This document shows, one piece after another, positions 20,888 through 30,306 of a stretch of 64,000 nucleotides of DNA. The stretch spans positions 576,001 to 640,000 of the forward strand of contig OY820579.1 in NCBI GenBank assembly GCA_963681965.1. Direction: 5' to 3'. Position 1 is the first letter of the stretch, and each line of letters begins with the position of its first letter. Made by a program: the position numbers and the translations under genes. The stretch comes from a bacterium. GTDB taxonomy: Bacteria > Electryoneota > JAOADG01. A model generated the notes under the pieces. The model was not told the origin of the DNA. It was given only the letters and a program-made list of their open reading frames with translations, and ran no database searches.

Positions 20888-21319
20888 ATGTCATTCGAAG
20901 ATCTTTACCAAGATATATTACTCGACCACTACAAACAGCCGCGAAATGCCGGGCAAGTTAGTGGTGCGACGTGCAGTATTCACGACCACAACCCGTTGTG
21001 TGGCGACGATATTACCGTTCACATGAAGATCACCGACGGAAAAGTCGAACGGGTCGGATTCGAAGGCAAGGGGTGTGCGATCAGTATTGCTTCCGCGTCG
21101 ATGATGACGGATCAAATTCAGGGCAAACCGGTTGATGTTGCCAAACAGGAAGTCGAAACCTTTTTGGCGATTATGCGTGACGAAGACAGTTTCGACAACC
21201 ATCCCGAATTCGAAGAAGCCACATCGCTGAACGGAGTGAAAAAGCTTCATGCTCGGATCAAATGCGCCACTTTATCTTGGAATACCGCAAAAAAGATGCT
21301 GAATGGCGAAACGGAATAG
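20888..21319 (+). CDS. sufU: SufU/IscU-like Fe-S scaffold or sulfur-transfer protein
   Basis: LYQDILLDHYKQPRN, NPLCGD, GCAISIAS and RIKCATL. Confidence 0.9.
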   Translation: MSFEDLYQDILLDHYKQPRNAGQVSGATCSIHDHNPLCGDDITVHMKITDGKVERVGFEGKGCAISIASASMMTDQIQGKPVDVAKQEVETFLAIMRDEDSFDNHPEFEEATSLNGVKKLHARIKCATLSWNTAKKMLNGETE

Positions 21320-21345
21320 TGAATGAGTTAATACCCATACAAATC

Positions 21346-21371
21346 GGGCGGCATTTGCCGCCCTTTTTTTT
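21346..21371 (+). terminator. Rho-independent terminator
   Basis: GGGCGGCA-tt-TGCCGCCC followed by a T tract. Confidence 0.85.
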
Positions 21372-21421
21372 GTTCACCGAATGAACGCCTAATTGTTTCC
21401 TAATTACGGTTAATCTGACCA

Positions 21422-22264
21422 TTAATAACCGGTAGAGTCGACTTTGCTATAATACATGTCGCCGTGAAGATTCCAATCAATTAGGAGTGCGGTGGGTTGA
21501 AGCGTGTCGATTATGGTAAACCGGCATTCCGCACCATCCAAAGCGATGACTTGCGGATCGATTATCCGCCACTTTCCAGTGATCGTTTGCTTCGGCATGA
21601 GGGTATACCAGATGAAAGAACCATCGCGACGGAACTGAAATCGATAAAGTGGAGCGCTCCCTTGATTGCTTCGGGTATCCCAATCCCCACACAGTATCCG
21701 TTCCTGCGCGCGCATTTCGGTTAGCTCCTCCTCAGTTAACGACCTGATTGGGGGCAATCCACTGGGCGGTGTACCCAAGTATCGATCGAAGTACAATCGG
21801 GAATCATCTACATCGAGAATCAAATTATTGCGGTCGGATGAGTAATCGAATGAACATTCTTGTTTGTCAATTGTTAACGTTACTGGCGACGAAAAGCGCC
21901 AGTTTCGAATCTCGATACGATTCGTTTCGCGATGAAAAATTTCCAACCGGTTATCGACATTGAAAAACCAAACGGTAAGTGGTTCCATTTCGGATTGATA
22001 CCAGCTTGTAAAAATCAGTGTTGCCACATGACGGGAATGGTATTGAGCCGGGAAAAGATGCCGATACAGCCAGCCTTCGTGATAATCGAAGGATTGAATC
22101 GAATAGGACGATTTTCCGCGGTAGGTGGTGCGATGTGCAATCGGAAACGTTATGAATAAGAGTAGAATTGCCGTGAGAATAATCCCAACGACTAGCGAAA
22201 TGATTCGGTTGATCGATTTGCCATTCGGTTTATCGGTAATCGGTTCAGACATTTGCAACTCCAC
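21422..22264 (-). CDS. Hypothetical membrane-anchored protein
   Basis: Long ORF with a single N-terminal TM helix and beta-rich downstream segments; no family recognised. Confidence 0.6.
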   Translation of the reverse strand: MELQMSEPITDKPNGKSINRIISLVVGIILTAILLLFITFPIAHRTTYRGKSSYSIQSFDYHEGWLYRHLFPAQYHSRHVATLIFTSWYQSEMEPLTVWFFNVDNRLEIFHRETNRIEIRNWRFSSPVTLTIDKQECSFDYSSDRNNLILDVDDSRLYFDRYLGTPPSGLPPIRSLTEEELTEMRAQERILCGDWDTRSNQGSAPLYRFQFRRDGSFIWYTLMPKQTITGKWRIIDPQVIALDGAECRFTIIDTLQPTALLIDWNLHGDMYYSKVDSTGY

Positions 22265-22447
22265 GTGGAGGAGATTGATTGGGTGGTGAATTCAAGAGAG
22301 CAAGCGTAGCGAGCACGCCGTCAATAACGAGCGATGCATCTCTTCATGGTAGTGAAGATAAAACACAATATAAACAAAATACAAGACTTAACTAGAAGTA
22401 GAGATCGTTAAACTGTAACTGTGTTTTGTGTTGTCGATCCAATCGAA

Positions 22448-23938
22448 TTATACACCATTTAACATAATCGTCACGTCGAACCAGTGCATCGCGTTGGGTG
22501 GTAGCATTACAAATAGACCTTCGTCATTTAACTCGTTACCGTCACGGAGATAAGTTGTATCGGTCATCCGGTCGTGAAGTTTTACTTTCCGTCCAGCGAT
22601 ACCCACGATATGCAGTGGTACTCGTCCACATGCCATTTGAGCGGATAAATTTCCAATCCATAACAATCGATTTTGACCCGAAGTCCACAGCACCGGAACT
22701 AACGCTTCAAACGATTGATCGTCCGAACCGGAACTGATCACTCCAACCATTTGTGCACAGGCAGTTTGGAAGGGAAACTCGGTGATCCAAGTGTTCATTT
22801 TGCCAATAAATTCTTGAACCGATGGCAAAGGCGGCTCGATGGGTCGGCGATCAAGTTGGATTGGCAACTTTATTCTTGCACCCGTCTCCAACCCCTCGTG
22901 CCAGAGGATATGTCCGGGCTGCATCCACATCAGTCCATACAACACTGGCAGCCATTCCGGGGGAACGTGAAAGGCAATCCGGCTTTCGTCGTGATTTTCC
23001 AAGAATCGGAGACGGTGTTGTCCCCAAGCTCGTCGTTCTACTAAGGTAGATCGCAGTTCATTGGCATTACCTGAAAAAGCACGAGTTACGAAGTCCTTAT
23101 CATAAACCAGATCGAATCCCATTTCCACCAATTTATTTTCGGTACCCCAATAGCACTCGGCAATAAATAAAAACGATGGTTTCACAGCCCGCACAGCATC
23201 GATCGCCTGCACCCAAAACTCCATTTGAGGTGCTTCGCCGTTTCCCCAAGTTTTCTTGAAAATATTGTTCAAGACCAGCATCGCCATATCACATCGGACA
23301 CCATCGCAATGGTCGGCAATTTTTAATAACTCTTCAATCAACGCCGTGCGGGTTTCGGGTTTCCGGTAATCAAGTTGTGCAGTATCGGTCCAAGCGGGAT
23401 AATACGGATCACGCCCATGTGCGATCCAGCAGGTTCCTTGCCGGGTTTTGGCGGCAAACCATCCGTGCGGTGGTGTAGAGGTGTCGGCAAAATCGGTACG
23501 GTGTATAAACCGTTCCGGTCGGCTGTAGATCCACGGGTGATCGATTGCCATGTGATTGGGTACAAAATCGAGAATCAGTCCTAAACCGCGATCCGACAAC
23601 CGTTTCCGAAATCGAGCAAATGCTTGCGGAGTTCCGAGGTTCTCGGATGGTTCGTACTCGTTGATTGCATAGGGCGAGCCGACGACATCGCCAGCATTCC
23701 AATCGGGCAATGCGTCGCTGTACGATTTTCGCAAATCGGGGTGCATCAATGCCACTTCGCGACCGGCAGGCGATCGTTTCCAAGCGCCCATCCCCCACAC
23801 GTGGGTGATCGGTTGCTCACACCAACGGTCCAATTCCGCATCGGGAATATTATCTAGCGACGGTTGGGATCCTAGTGGGGTAAATTGGCGGACAGCGGTG
23901 AAAAGATTGACTTCGCGGATAATTTGTCGTGTTACCAT
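22448..23938 (-). CDS. GH13 alpha-amylase family glycoside hydrolase
   Basis: GSPYAI, LDFVPNH, DGVRCDMA, FIAECYW and FLENHDE; ATG at 23938. Confidence 0.9.
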   Translation of the reverse strand: MVTRQIIREVNLFTAVRQFTPLGSQPSLDNIPDAELDRWCEQPITHVWGMGAWKRSPAGREVALMHPDLRKSYSDALPDWNAGDVVGSPYAINEYEPSENLGTPQAFARFRKRLSDRGLGLILDFVPNHMAIDHPWIYSRPERFIHRTDFADTSTPPHGWFAAKTRQGTCWIAHGRDPYYPAWTDTAQLDYRKPETRTALIEELLKIADHCDGVRCDMAMLVLNNIFKKTWGNGEAPQMEFWVQAIDAVRAVKPSFLFIAECYWGTENKLVEMGFDLVYDKDFVTRAFSGNANELRSTLVERRAWGQHRLRFLENHDESRIAFHVPPEWLPVLYGLMWMQPGHILWHEGLETGARIKLPIQLDRRPIEPPLPSVQEFIGKMNTWITEFPFQTACAQMVGVISSGSDDQSFEALVPVLWTSGQNRLLWIGNLSAQMACGRVPLHIVGIAGRKVKLHDRMTDTTYLRDGNELNDEGLFVMLPPNAMHWFDVTIMLNGV

Positions 23939-24196
23939 GGTGCCTCGGTGGTCGTAATCTTCCGATTCTTTATCGACCTGATTTACGTCTAAGATAACAA
24001 CAAACCCGGTTTTTTCCTTTTCTTCCATCCAATGGGTATATTTTGCGATAGATTTTATGTACTTTATATCATACGGTTTCGCATGAAGCAATCCGATGGT
24101 ATTGACAATTCAACACCTCGATTCGATGAATTCATGCGGGTTATCCATTCGGAAAAGATACTCCGAGATCTTCAATTATCTTCACAGGTAGGTTCT

Positions 24197-25132
24197 ATGC
24201 CACCACTTCGCAACGCCGACGACATTATCCGTCGCGCTCAGGAAGTTGCCTCCGAGCAGGGGATCCCTTCAGTTGCTGTACCCGCCGCTGGTGATGACGA
24301 TGTTATTGGCGCCATCAAAGGGGCTACCGATGCCGGATTTGTTCGGGCTATCCTGATCGGCGATGAACAGAAAATCAATCACTTCTGCGATGAATTAAAA
24401 GTTAATCGTGAAAAAGTAACGATTATTGCGGCTGCCGATGACGGTGCCGCGGCGAAAATCGCTTGCACCATGGCAGCGAATAAAGAAGCCAGCTTGATCA
24501 TGAAAGGCAATATGCCGACCGGCAAGCTGTTAAAAACAGTTCTTGCCAAGGAATACGGTTTCCGCACCGGTCGCATCCTCTCGCATGTTGCCGTGTTGTC
24601 AATTCCCAACTTTCCACGTCTGCTCGGTATCACCGACGGTGGTATGGTGGTCGCACCAACCGAACAAACGCGCGCCCAATTGGTTGAAAATGCCGTAGAA
24701 GTCTTTCATGCGTTGGAAATTCCCGAGCCGAAAGTGGCATTACTTTCCGCAGTGGACAACATCCGGCTCGATCTTCCGGCAACGCGCGATCTTGCCGCCT
24801 TTGCCAAAGCCGCCGAGCGTGGTTTGATTAAAGGTGCCATCGTCGATGGTCCACTGGCATTCGATAGCGCAGTGTTACCTGCGGCTATCGATAAAGTCGG
24901 ATTTCGGTCACCGGTAGTCGGTGCCGCCGATGTTCTCGTCGTCGGTGGATTTGAGGCGGGGAATATCATTGTCAAATCGTTGGATATTTTAGCCGAAGCG
25001 GTCTTCGCGGGTGTTATTGTTGGAACCAAACTACCGGTCGCACTGGTTAGTCGCTCCGACACGGCACGGAATAAACTGACTTCGGTTGCTTTGGCAACGC
25101 TGGTCGCAGCCAAATCAAGGAGTGCATCATGA
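24197..25132 (+). CDS. ptb: Phosphate butyryltransferase / phosphate acyltransferase
   Basis: LIMKG, ILSHV, TDGGM, PKVALLSA, VDGPLAFD, AGNI and LVSRSD. Confidence 0.85.
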   Translation: MPPLRNADDIIRRAQEVASEQGIPSVAVPAAGDDDVIGAIKGATDAGFVRAILIGDEQKINHFCDELKVNREKVTIIAAADDGAAAKIACTMAANKEASLIMKGNMPTGKLLKTVLAKEYGFRTGRILSHVAVLSIPNFPRLLGITDGGMVVAPTEQTRAQLVENAVEVFHALEIPEPKVALLSAVDNIRLDLPATRDLAAFAKAAERGLIKGAIVDGPLAFDSAVLPAAIDKVGFRSPVVGAADVLVVGGFEAGNIIVKSLDILAEAVFAGVIVGTKLPVALVSRSDTARNKLTSVALATLVAAKSRSAS

Positions 25133-26043
25133 ACGACGATCAACTCACCATAACCTTACAAGATTATCTTGAATCACACCCCTTGTGGACAAAGCGGTCT
25201 GGCGAAAAGATGAAACGTCGTGTCGGCATTCTGTTGCCGGTTCGGTCGATGGAAGTGGAAACAATTCGCAAAGCCTGTTCCGAGAATTGGGTTGAACCGG
25301 TTCTGATCGGCAGCGAAAAAGACGTAACCAATTTTCAAACGAATTTTAAGAATCCCGGTACGACAACAGTCGTCGGTGCTAGCTGGTCGGATGCGCTGCA
25401 ACAAGCGATCGAAACCAAGGCAATCGATATTTTGCTCGAAATCGAGCATGATGTTCCCGCTCTGTTTAAGAAATTGTTGTCCATTCCCGCATATCGAACC
25501 GGTTGGGTCTCGCAAGTCGCACTGGTGCTGCCTCCTCGATTGGAAGAACGATTGCTATTGCTTTCCGATGCCGGCATTACGATCAAACCGACACTGGAGC
25601 AACACATCAAGATCGTCGAAAACGTAATCGGCGTGGCGCGCAAACTTCAATTCGAACCGATTAAAGTAGCTCTGTTGACCGCAGTCGAAACCGTTTCCGC
25701 CGATATTCCTTCGGGGATGCATTCGGCAATCATCGCTAAGATGGGTGAGCGTGGTCAATTCGGAAACGCGCAAATCGAGGGACCGCTGGCGTTGGATTTA
25801 GCACTATCCGAAGAAGCGGCAATCAAGAAAAAAGTGAAGAGCCCGGTAGCAGGACACGCCAATATTTTGATCGCTCCGAATTTGGAGGCGGGAGCAGGCT
25901 TGTATAAAGCGATGACGGCATTGGCAGGATCGGCATCGGCATCCGTGGTGGTTGGCGGTTGTATTCCTATTGCGTTGCCGTCGCGGGTCGACAACCCTGC
26001 CGCAATCGTATCGTCAATTCTTTTTGCGGCAATGCTGTCATAG
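25129..26043 (+). CDS. Second, divergent phosphate butyryltransferase-like protein
   Basis: SDAGI, KVALLTAVE, EGPLALDLA, PNLEAG and LPSR; the MKG motif is missing; start overlaps the upstream stop (ATGA). Confidence 0.8.
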   Translation: MNDDQLTITLQDYLESHPLWTKRSGEKMKRRVGILLPVRSMEVETIRKACSENWVEPVLIGSEKDVTNFQTNFKNPGTTTVVGASWSDALQQAIETKAIDILLEIEHDVPALFKKLLSIPAYRTGWVSQVALVLPPRLEERLLLLSDAGITIKPTLEQHIKIVENVIGVARKLQFEPIKVALLTAVETVSADIPSGMHSAIIAKMGERGQFGNAQIEGPLALDLALSEEAAIKKKVKSPVAGHANILIAPNLEAGAGLYKAMTALAGSASASVVVGGCIPIALPSRVDNPAAIVSSILFAAMLS

Positions 26044-26141
26044 CAGTGTTTTGAGTAAATCTGCTTGATTACCTTTTACAATCTTGATTTTCATTGTAGC
26101 CGGACACGGTTACAGGTTGCAGAACAAGAAGGAGATTGTGT

Positions 26142-26546
26142 ATGAACCGCGACAAAGTGAGAGCACGCATTATTATCGGAGTGGTTATTGGTTTTGTGTT
26201 TGCAATTGCTTTGTCGTGGTGGAATGAATATTACGATTTCAAACTTGCCAAGTATGTCCACGACTTCAACTGGTTATCGCCGGGACTGGAGACGGTGTTG
26301 ATTATCGGGCTGGCATCATTGACGATTTACAACACGGTCTGGTCGTTTCGGCACATGAAATATCTCGAAGGATTTCTGGCGGTATGTTCCTCCTGCAAGA
26401 AAATCCGGGTGAATGAGAATTGGATTCCGTTTGAAAAATTCATTTCGACTCATTCCGAAGCCGAATTCACGCATAGTATTTGCCCCACATGCTACGAGAA
26501 GCATTACGGTGAGTTTCTCGCCAACAATCCGAAGAAACCGCAATAA
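26142..26546 (+). CDS. Two-TM membrane protein with C-terminal CxxCKKIR..THSICPxC domain
   Basis: Strong AAGGAG RBS; LAVCSSCKKIR..W..E.FI..HSEAEFTHSICPTC. Confidence 0.8.
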   Translation: MNRDKVRARIIIGVVIGFVFAIALSWWNEYYDFKLAKYVHDFNWLSPGLETVLIIGLASLTIYNTVWSFRHMKYLEGFLAVCSSCKKIRVNENWIPFEKFISTHSEAEFTHSICPTCYEKHYGEFLANNPKKPQ

Positions 26547-26560
26547 CGAATTTTTTTTCC

Positions 26561-27075
26561 GTAGGGGCGTATCGCATATGCCCTTTTCTTTTTTTATTCA
26601 TGTCGTTTTTTTTAGTAGGGGAGGGCTCCCACGCCCTCCCGTGTTTTTTTTAGTAGGGGGGCATCCCCGCATGCCCCCGTTCTTGTATCTTTTTTCCGTA
26701 GGGGCGTATGGCATACGCCCTTTTCATTTTTTATTCATGTCGTTTTTTTAAGTAGGGGATGGCTCCCACGCCCTCCCGTTCTTGTATCATTTCTCCGTAG
26801 GGGCGTATCGCATACGCCCTTTTCTTTTTTTATTCATGTCGTTTTTAAGTAGGGGAGGGCTCCCACGCCCTCCCGTTCTTGTATCATTTCTCCGTAGGGG
26901 CGTATGGCATACGCCCCATTTGTCCGTCATGAGGAGGACACCGAATCAAACGACAGGCAAGAGCGCCTGTCGCAACGGATGATGAATAAACACATCGCAG
27001 GCTCGGAGGTCTGCGTCACCGACAGACGGCGTCTGGTGCTGCCTGCCGCTTCGGACGAATGCGATTCGCCCCTAC
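26561..27075. repeat. BIME-like array of GTAG REP hairpins
   Basis: Same-orientation GTAGGGG hairpins at 26561, 26615, 26653, 26698, 26752, 26797, 26849 and 26894, mainly two alternating types in a unit of about 98 bp. Three inverted hairpins follow near 26961, 26996 and 27053. Confidence 0.9.
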
Positions 27076-27103
27076 GAGAACAATCGCGCTCTCTTCTGGA
27101 TTT

Positions 27104-28954
27104 TTATTTCTCGACCGAAAGAAGCAGCATTTCGCGATAATGCGCCGGTTCCACCGTGACAAAGTAAGTACCCGACACAGCAGGTTTACCCGATTCGGTA
27201 CGACCATCCCAAACCACTTGAAATTGTTGGATCGTGTTGCGCGGAATCGGAATCGAGCGGACTAGTTGTCCCATCACATTGTAGATCTTCACCTGTTGCG
27301 GAATCCCCCACGACGAACTGGTGCCGCTGATAGTAAACTGAGGGTTGCCGGGATTCGGATAGATTCGTAATGTCTTGTAGTACGGCAGTTGAATCGGTGG
27401 TGGTGCGGAAGCATTACCAATCGTCAGCGTATAATACTCGGTCGGAACATTTTCCGGTGCATAGCCAACATTCTCCCACATATCCTCGGCACGGAAATAA
27501 CACTGATAACGCCCTTCCCGCATCGGTGCGGCAAACCCGACCGAATACCAATGCGTCGAATCGCGAAGCATATCGAACACCAGAGAATCGCCAGTCAGCG
27601 AATCGCGAATCACCCATTGCGGTTTCCAGACCGAATCGTTGTCAGTGATGTATGCTCGGAAATGAACAATCTGCTCTGGTGCATAGACCGTGGCAGTGTC
27701 GATCAACGTAGAAACGACTGGTGGCAGCGTGTCAGGATGAATGATTCCTTCCACTTGGTAGAACGAGTTGTCAAGTGTCGTATCTGCCGTCGAAACGCGT
27801 AACAGAGTGTAGAGTCGAACCCTATTAGGTTGCAGATCGGTTGATAAGAGATCACATTCGACAGAATGCTGAGCATTGCTTTGAGGTGCTGTGGAAACCA
27901 ACTTAAATGGATACCAACTTCTTCCATGGTTAGCCGAAATTGCAAACCGCGAAAATGGTTGGCTGTCTGCTATCTGCGATCCGGGATCCCATAGCGAATC
28001 AGCCGTATGGATTCCCAAAAGCCGTCCGCATCTCGAAACAACATTGGCATATTCGTAAGCAGTATGGAATCGACGCATCACTTGCCAATCCGACCAGGTA
28101 AAACCATTATCGATAGAAGTATTCAGCAATACACCATAATAATTCAACTGTTCATTATAATCGTTATTTCCGGTGGTAAGAAGAAGCGCATGCCCTTCGT
28201 CATCAATCGTTATTTTTGCATCGCGAGTTACGCACAAATTCGGATTAATTATAAATGGTTCAGAAAAAGGGCCACCATTGATTCGGCGTCGAAATATCCG
28301 CGCTCGATACGATTCGTTTGGTGGAGCATAATTGCATGCCAGATACATCCATTCATGATTGGATCCAACGGAAAGTGTCAGATAGTATGTAATATCGTTA
28401 CTGAGAAACTGTTGATTATCCTGATAAGTCACGCCACCATCGTTCGTCCAACATACGAACCGTGAACTGCTTCGAACAAAAACCGTATCACCTGTTTGAC
28501 CCAACAAATACAATCCTGGAAGTAGTGTTGTCGGTGCAATCCAAGTTTGTCCCAAATTCGTAGTTCGATAAAATCCGTTACCTCCCATCCACCTTGAACG
28601 TGAGGAAACTAATATTCCCTGCGTAGTAATAACCGGTTTAATGAGCCCAGTACCGGATGAGATGTTAGTATCACCGACGATACTCCAGTTGCTCCAAGTT
28701 TGTCCATTGTTCGAACTAATTTTTATCGCTGGAAAAGAACCCGCTTCGACAGTCCAATAACTGCACAACGCGACGATTGTATCCCCTTTGCTAGCCATTT
28801 TATTTGTATTATAAGTCGTCGTCGATAGAATCGCTCGCTTTGGCGACCATGTGATCGGAGCTTGCGGTTGCGCCAGCACAACCGGACTCAGGAGGATCAG
28901 CCAGAGCCATATTGCGGCGATTCGGAAGGAAAAAGGGGATAAGTGGTTGAGCAT
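27104..28954 (-). CDS. Secreted BNR/Asp-box repeat protein with T9SS/FlgD-Ig-type C-terminal domain
   Basis: Signal peptide; Asp boxes SSNNGQTW, TTNLGQTW, TNDGGVTY, SIDNGFTW and SANHGRSW; C-terminus IYPNP..IYNVMGQLVR..WDG...SGTYF. Confidence 0.85.
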   Translation of the reverse strand: MLNHLSPFSFRIAAIWLWLILLSPVVLAQPQAPITWSPKRAILSTTTYNTNKMASKGDTIVALCSYWTVEAGSFPAIKISSNNGQTWSNWSIVGDTNISSGTGLIKPVITTQGILVSSRSRWMGGNGFYRTTNLGQTWIAPTTLLPGLYLLGQTGDTVFVRSSSRFVCWTNDGGVTYQDNQQFLSNDITYYLTLSVGSNHEWMYLACNYAPPNESYRARIFRRRINGGPFSEPFIINPNLCVTRDAKITIDDEGHALLLTTGNNDYNEQLNYYGVLLNTSIDNGFTWSDWQVMRRFHTAYEYANVVSRCGRLLGIHTADSLWDPGSQIADSQPFSRFAISANHGRSWYPFKLVSTAPQSNAQHSVECDLLSTDLQPNRVRLYTLLRVSTADTTLDNSFYQVEGIIHPDTLPPVVSTLIDTATVYAPEQIVHFRAYITDNDSVWKPQWVIRDSLTGDSLVFDMLRDSTHWYSVGFAAPMREGRYQCYFRAEDMWENVGYAPENVPTEYYTLTIGNASAPPPIQLPYYKTLRIYPNPGNPQFTISGTSSSWGIPQQVKIYNVMGQLVRSIPIPRNTIQQFQVVWDGRTESGKPAVSGTYFVTVEPAHYREMLLLSVEK

Positions 28955-29163
28955 GATCGGCGATCCATGACAGTTAAAACAATTTATTCATTAAAGATCT
29001 TAAAATCTATTGGATTCGCATCCCCAATAAAAATTTCTACCCAAATGATTTTTACTTCGTAACCTATTTGCCATTTATTCTACCGAAAAATAATCGCGAA
29101 CGCATTTTCCCGTTCCAATCGCAGGTTCCGACAATTATATTGATAAAATGGGAGGGGGAAAGA

Positions 29164-29928
29164 ATGCGTTCTAAATATACAATCGCAATTTTTATCGTCT
29201 GGATTGGGTGGGCCATCACTGCTCGGGCGGCGGAAGATCCGACGGACACCAAGCCTTGGGAAATCGGCGTGACACTCTCGAGCCGATATATTTCCCGTGG
29301 TGCCGAAATGCTCGAGCGTGAACCGGCAGTTCAACCATTTATCAACTACACCTACGGAAATTCCGGCTTCACTGCCTCGGCATGGTCGTCATTTGCGCTC
29401 TCGAAACGGGATCAGGAAGAGATCAAAGAGTGCGATGAAGTCGATTTCACGCTGGCATACGCCCGGACAATCGGAATTGTCGATATCACTATTGCCGCCG
29501 ACCACCTCAATTTCATCCAAGTTGAGGGTTACCCCGACAGTCATTCGACTGATTACGACCTTGCCGGAACGATCTCTTTTCCATCCCTCCCGCTTTCGCC
29601 TTCCCTCCTTTTTATCAACAGTTTTAATCGCGACGGTGACGATGGTCAATATCTGGAAGGGGCGATCTCGGATGAAATCAATCTGATTCCAGCGCTACCG
29701 ATCACCTCTACCCTTAGTGCCGGTTATACCAATCAAAGTTGGTTGATCGACGAAGACGACACGCGATCTCCCGGAATTTCACATATTACCCTCAGTTTTC
29801 AGCATGAATTTACCGTCGGATCGTTCGCAATTGAACCAGTTTTCAATCTTACATCGACCCAAAACCGGCAAATCAATCCGGACAAACTCGCAATTTGGGG
29901 CGGAATCACCCTGAAGCACAGTTGGTAG
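29164..29928 (+). CDS. Putative outer-membrane beta-barrel (TorF-like)
   Basis: Signal peptide, SRYISRG..PAVQP, EVDF...Y, and a terminal aromatic residue (LKHSW). Confidence 0.65.
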   Translation: MRSKYTIAIFIVWIGWAITARAAEDPTDTKPWEIGVTLSSRYISRGAEMLEREPAVQPFINYTYGNSGFTASAWSSFALSKRDQEEIKECDEVDFTLAYARTIGIVDITIAADHLNFIQVEGYPDSHSTDYDLAGTISFPSLPLSPSLLFINSFNRDGDDGQYLEGAISDEINLIPALPITSTLSAGYTNQSWLIDEDDTRSPGISHITLSFQHEFTVGSFAIEPVFNLTSTQNRQINPDKLAIWGGITLKHSW

Positions 29929-30090
29929 CACCCAACCGCCAAGAGGATAATCAGGTTCGGGAATTACCCCGGTTCCTGCAAAATAGAAATTTACTCCGTA
30001 TATCTTTTCTAGTGACAGATTGTACATACCGAGTACTTTCGGATTCACCGAAATTGACTCGCCAATTCTGGATATTGCCAATACATTGTA

Positions 30091-30204
30091 TCGTGGTTCT
30101 TGAAAATAAGTTGTCCTGATTCGGTGTCAGGCTTCGCCTGACCTGCGGGCGGACGCGGGGATCCGCCCCTACTACCGATAACAACTTCTTTTCAAGAGAT
30201 GCTA
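30091..30204. mobile_element. MITE-like element, copy 1 (114 bp)
   Basis: Terminal inverted repeats TCTTGAAAATAAGTTG..CAACTT.TTTTCAAGA, an internal REP hairpin, and TA on both flanks (30089-90, 30205-06). Confidence 0.85.
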
Positions 30205-30306
30205 TATGATCCATTCACCGACTCTGTCATGAATAACGTATGGTTTCAACACACTCGACCGTCGAGTGGTCCCCAAACAACCGTTTAGTATGGAGAGACC
30301 AAGACA

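Noticed and set aside
26561-26920. Possible CRISPR array
   Set aside because: The spacers are repeated T-rich tracts rather than unique sequences, two repeat types alternate, and no cas genes are present. It fits REPs.
26413-27265. Short Phe-rich ORFs across the second repeat cluster
   Set aside because: They are artefacts of the tandem REP array.
29951-30214. ORFs sharing VVGADPRVRPQVRRSLTP (also 53081-53293)
   Set aside because: The shared peptide is simply the MITE read in frame, not a gene family.
30252-30268. Palindrome CACTCGAC-C-GTCGAGTG upstream of E1 alpha
   Set aside because: It occurs once and no regulator can be assigned, so it cannot be distinguished from a chance or leader hairpin.
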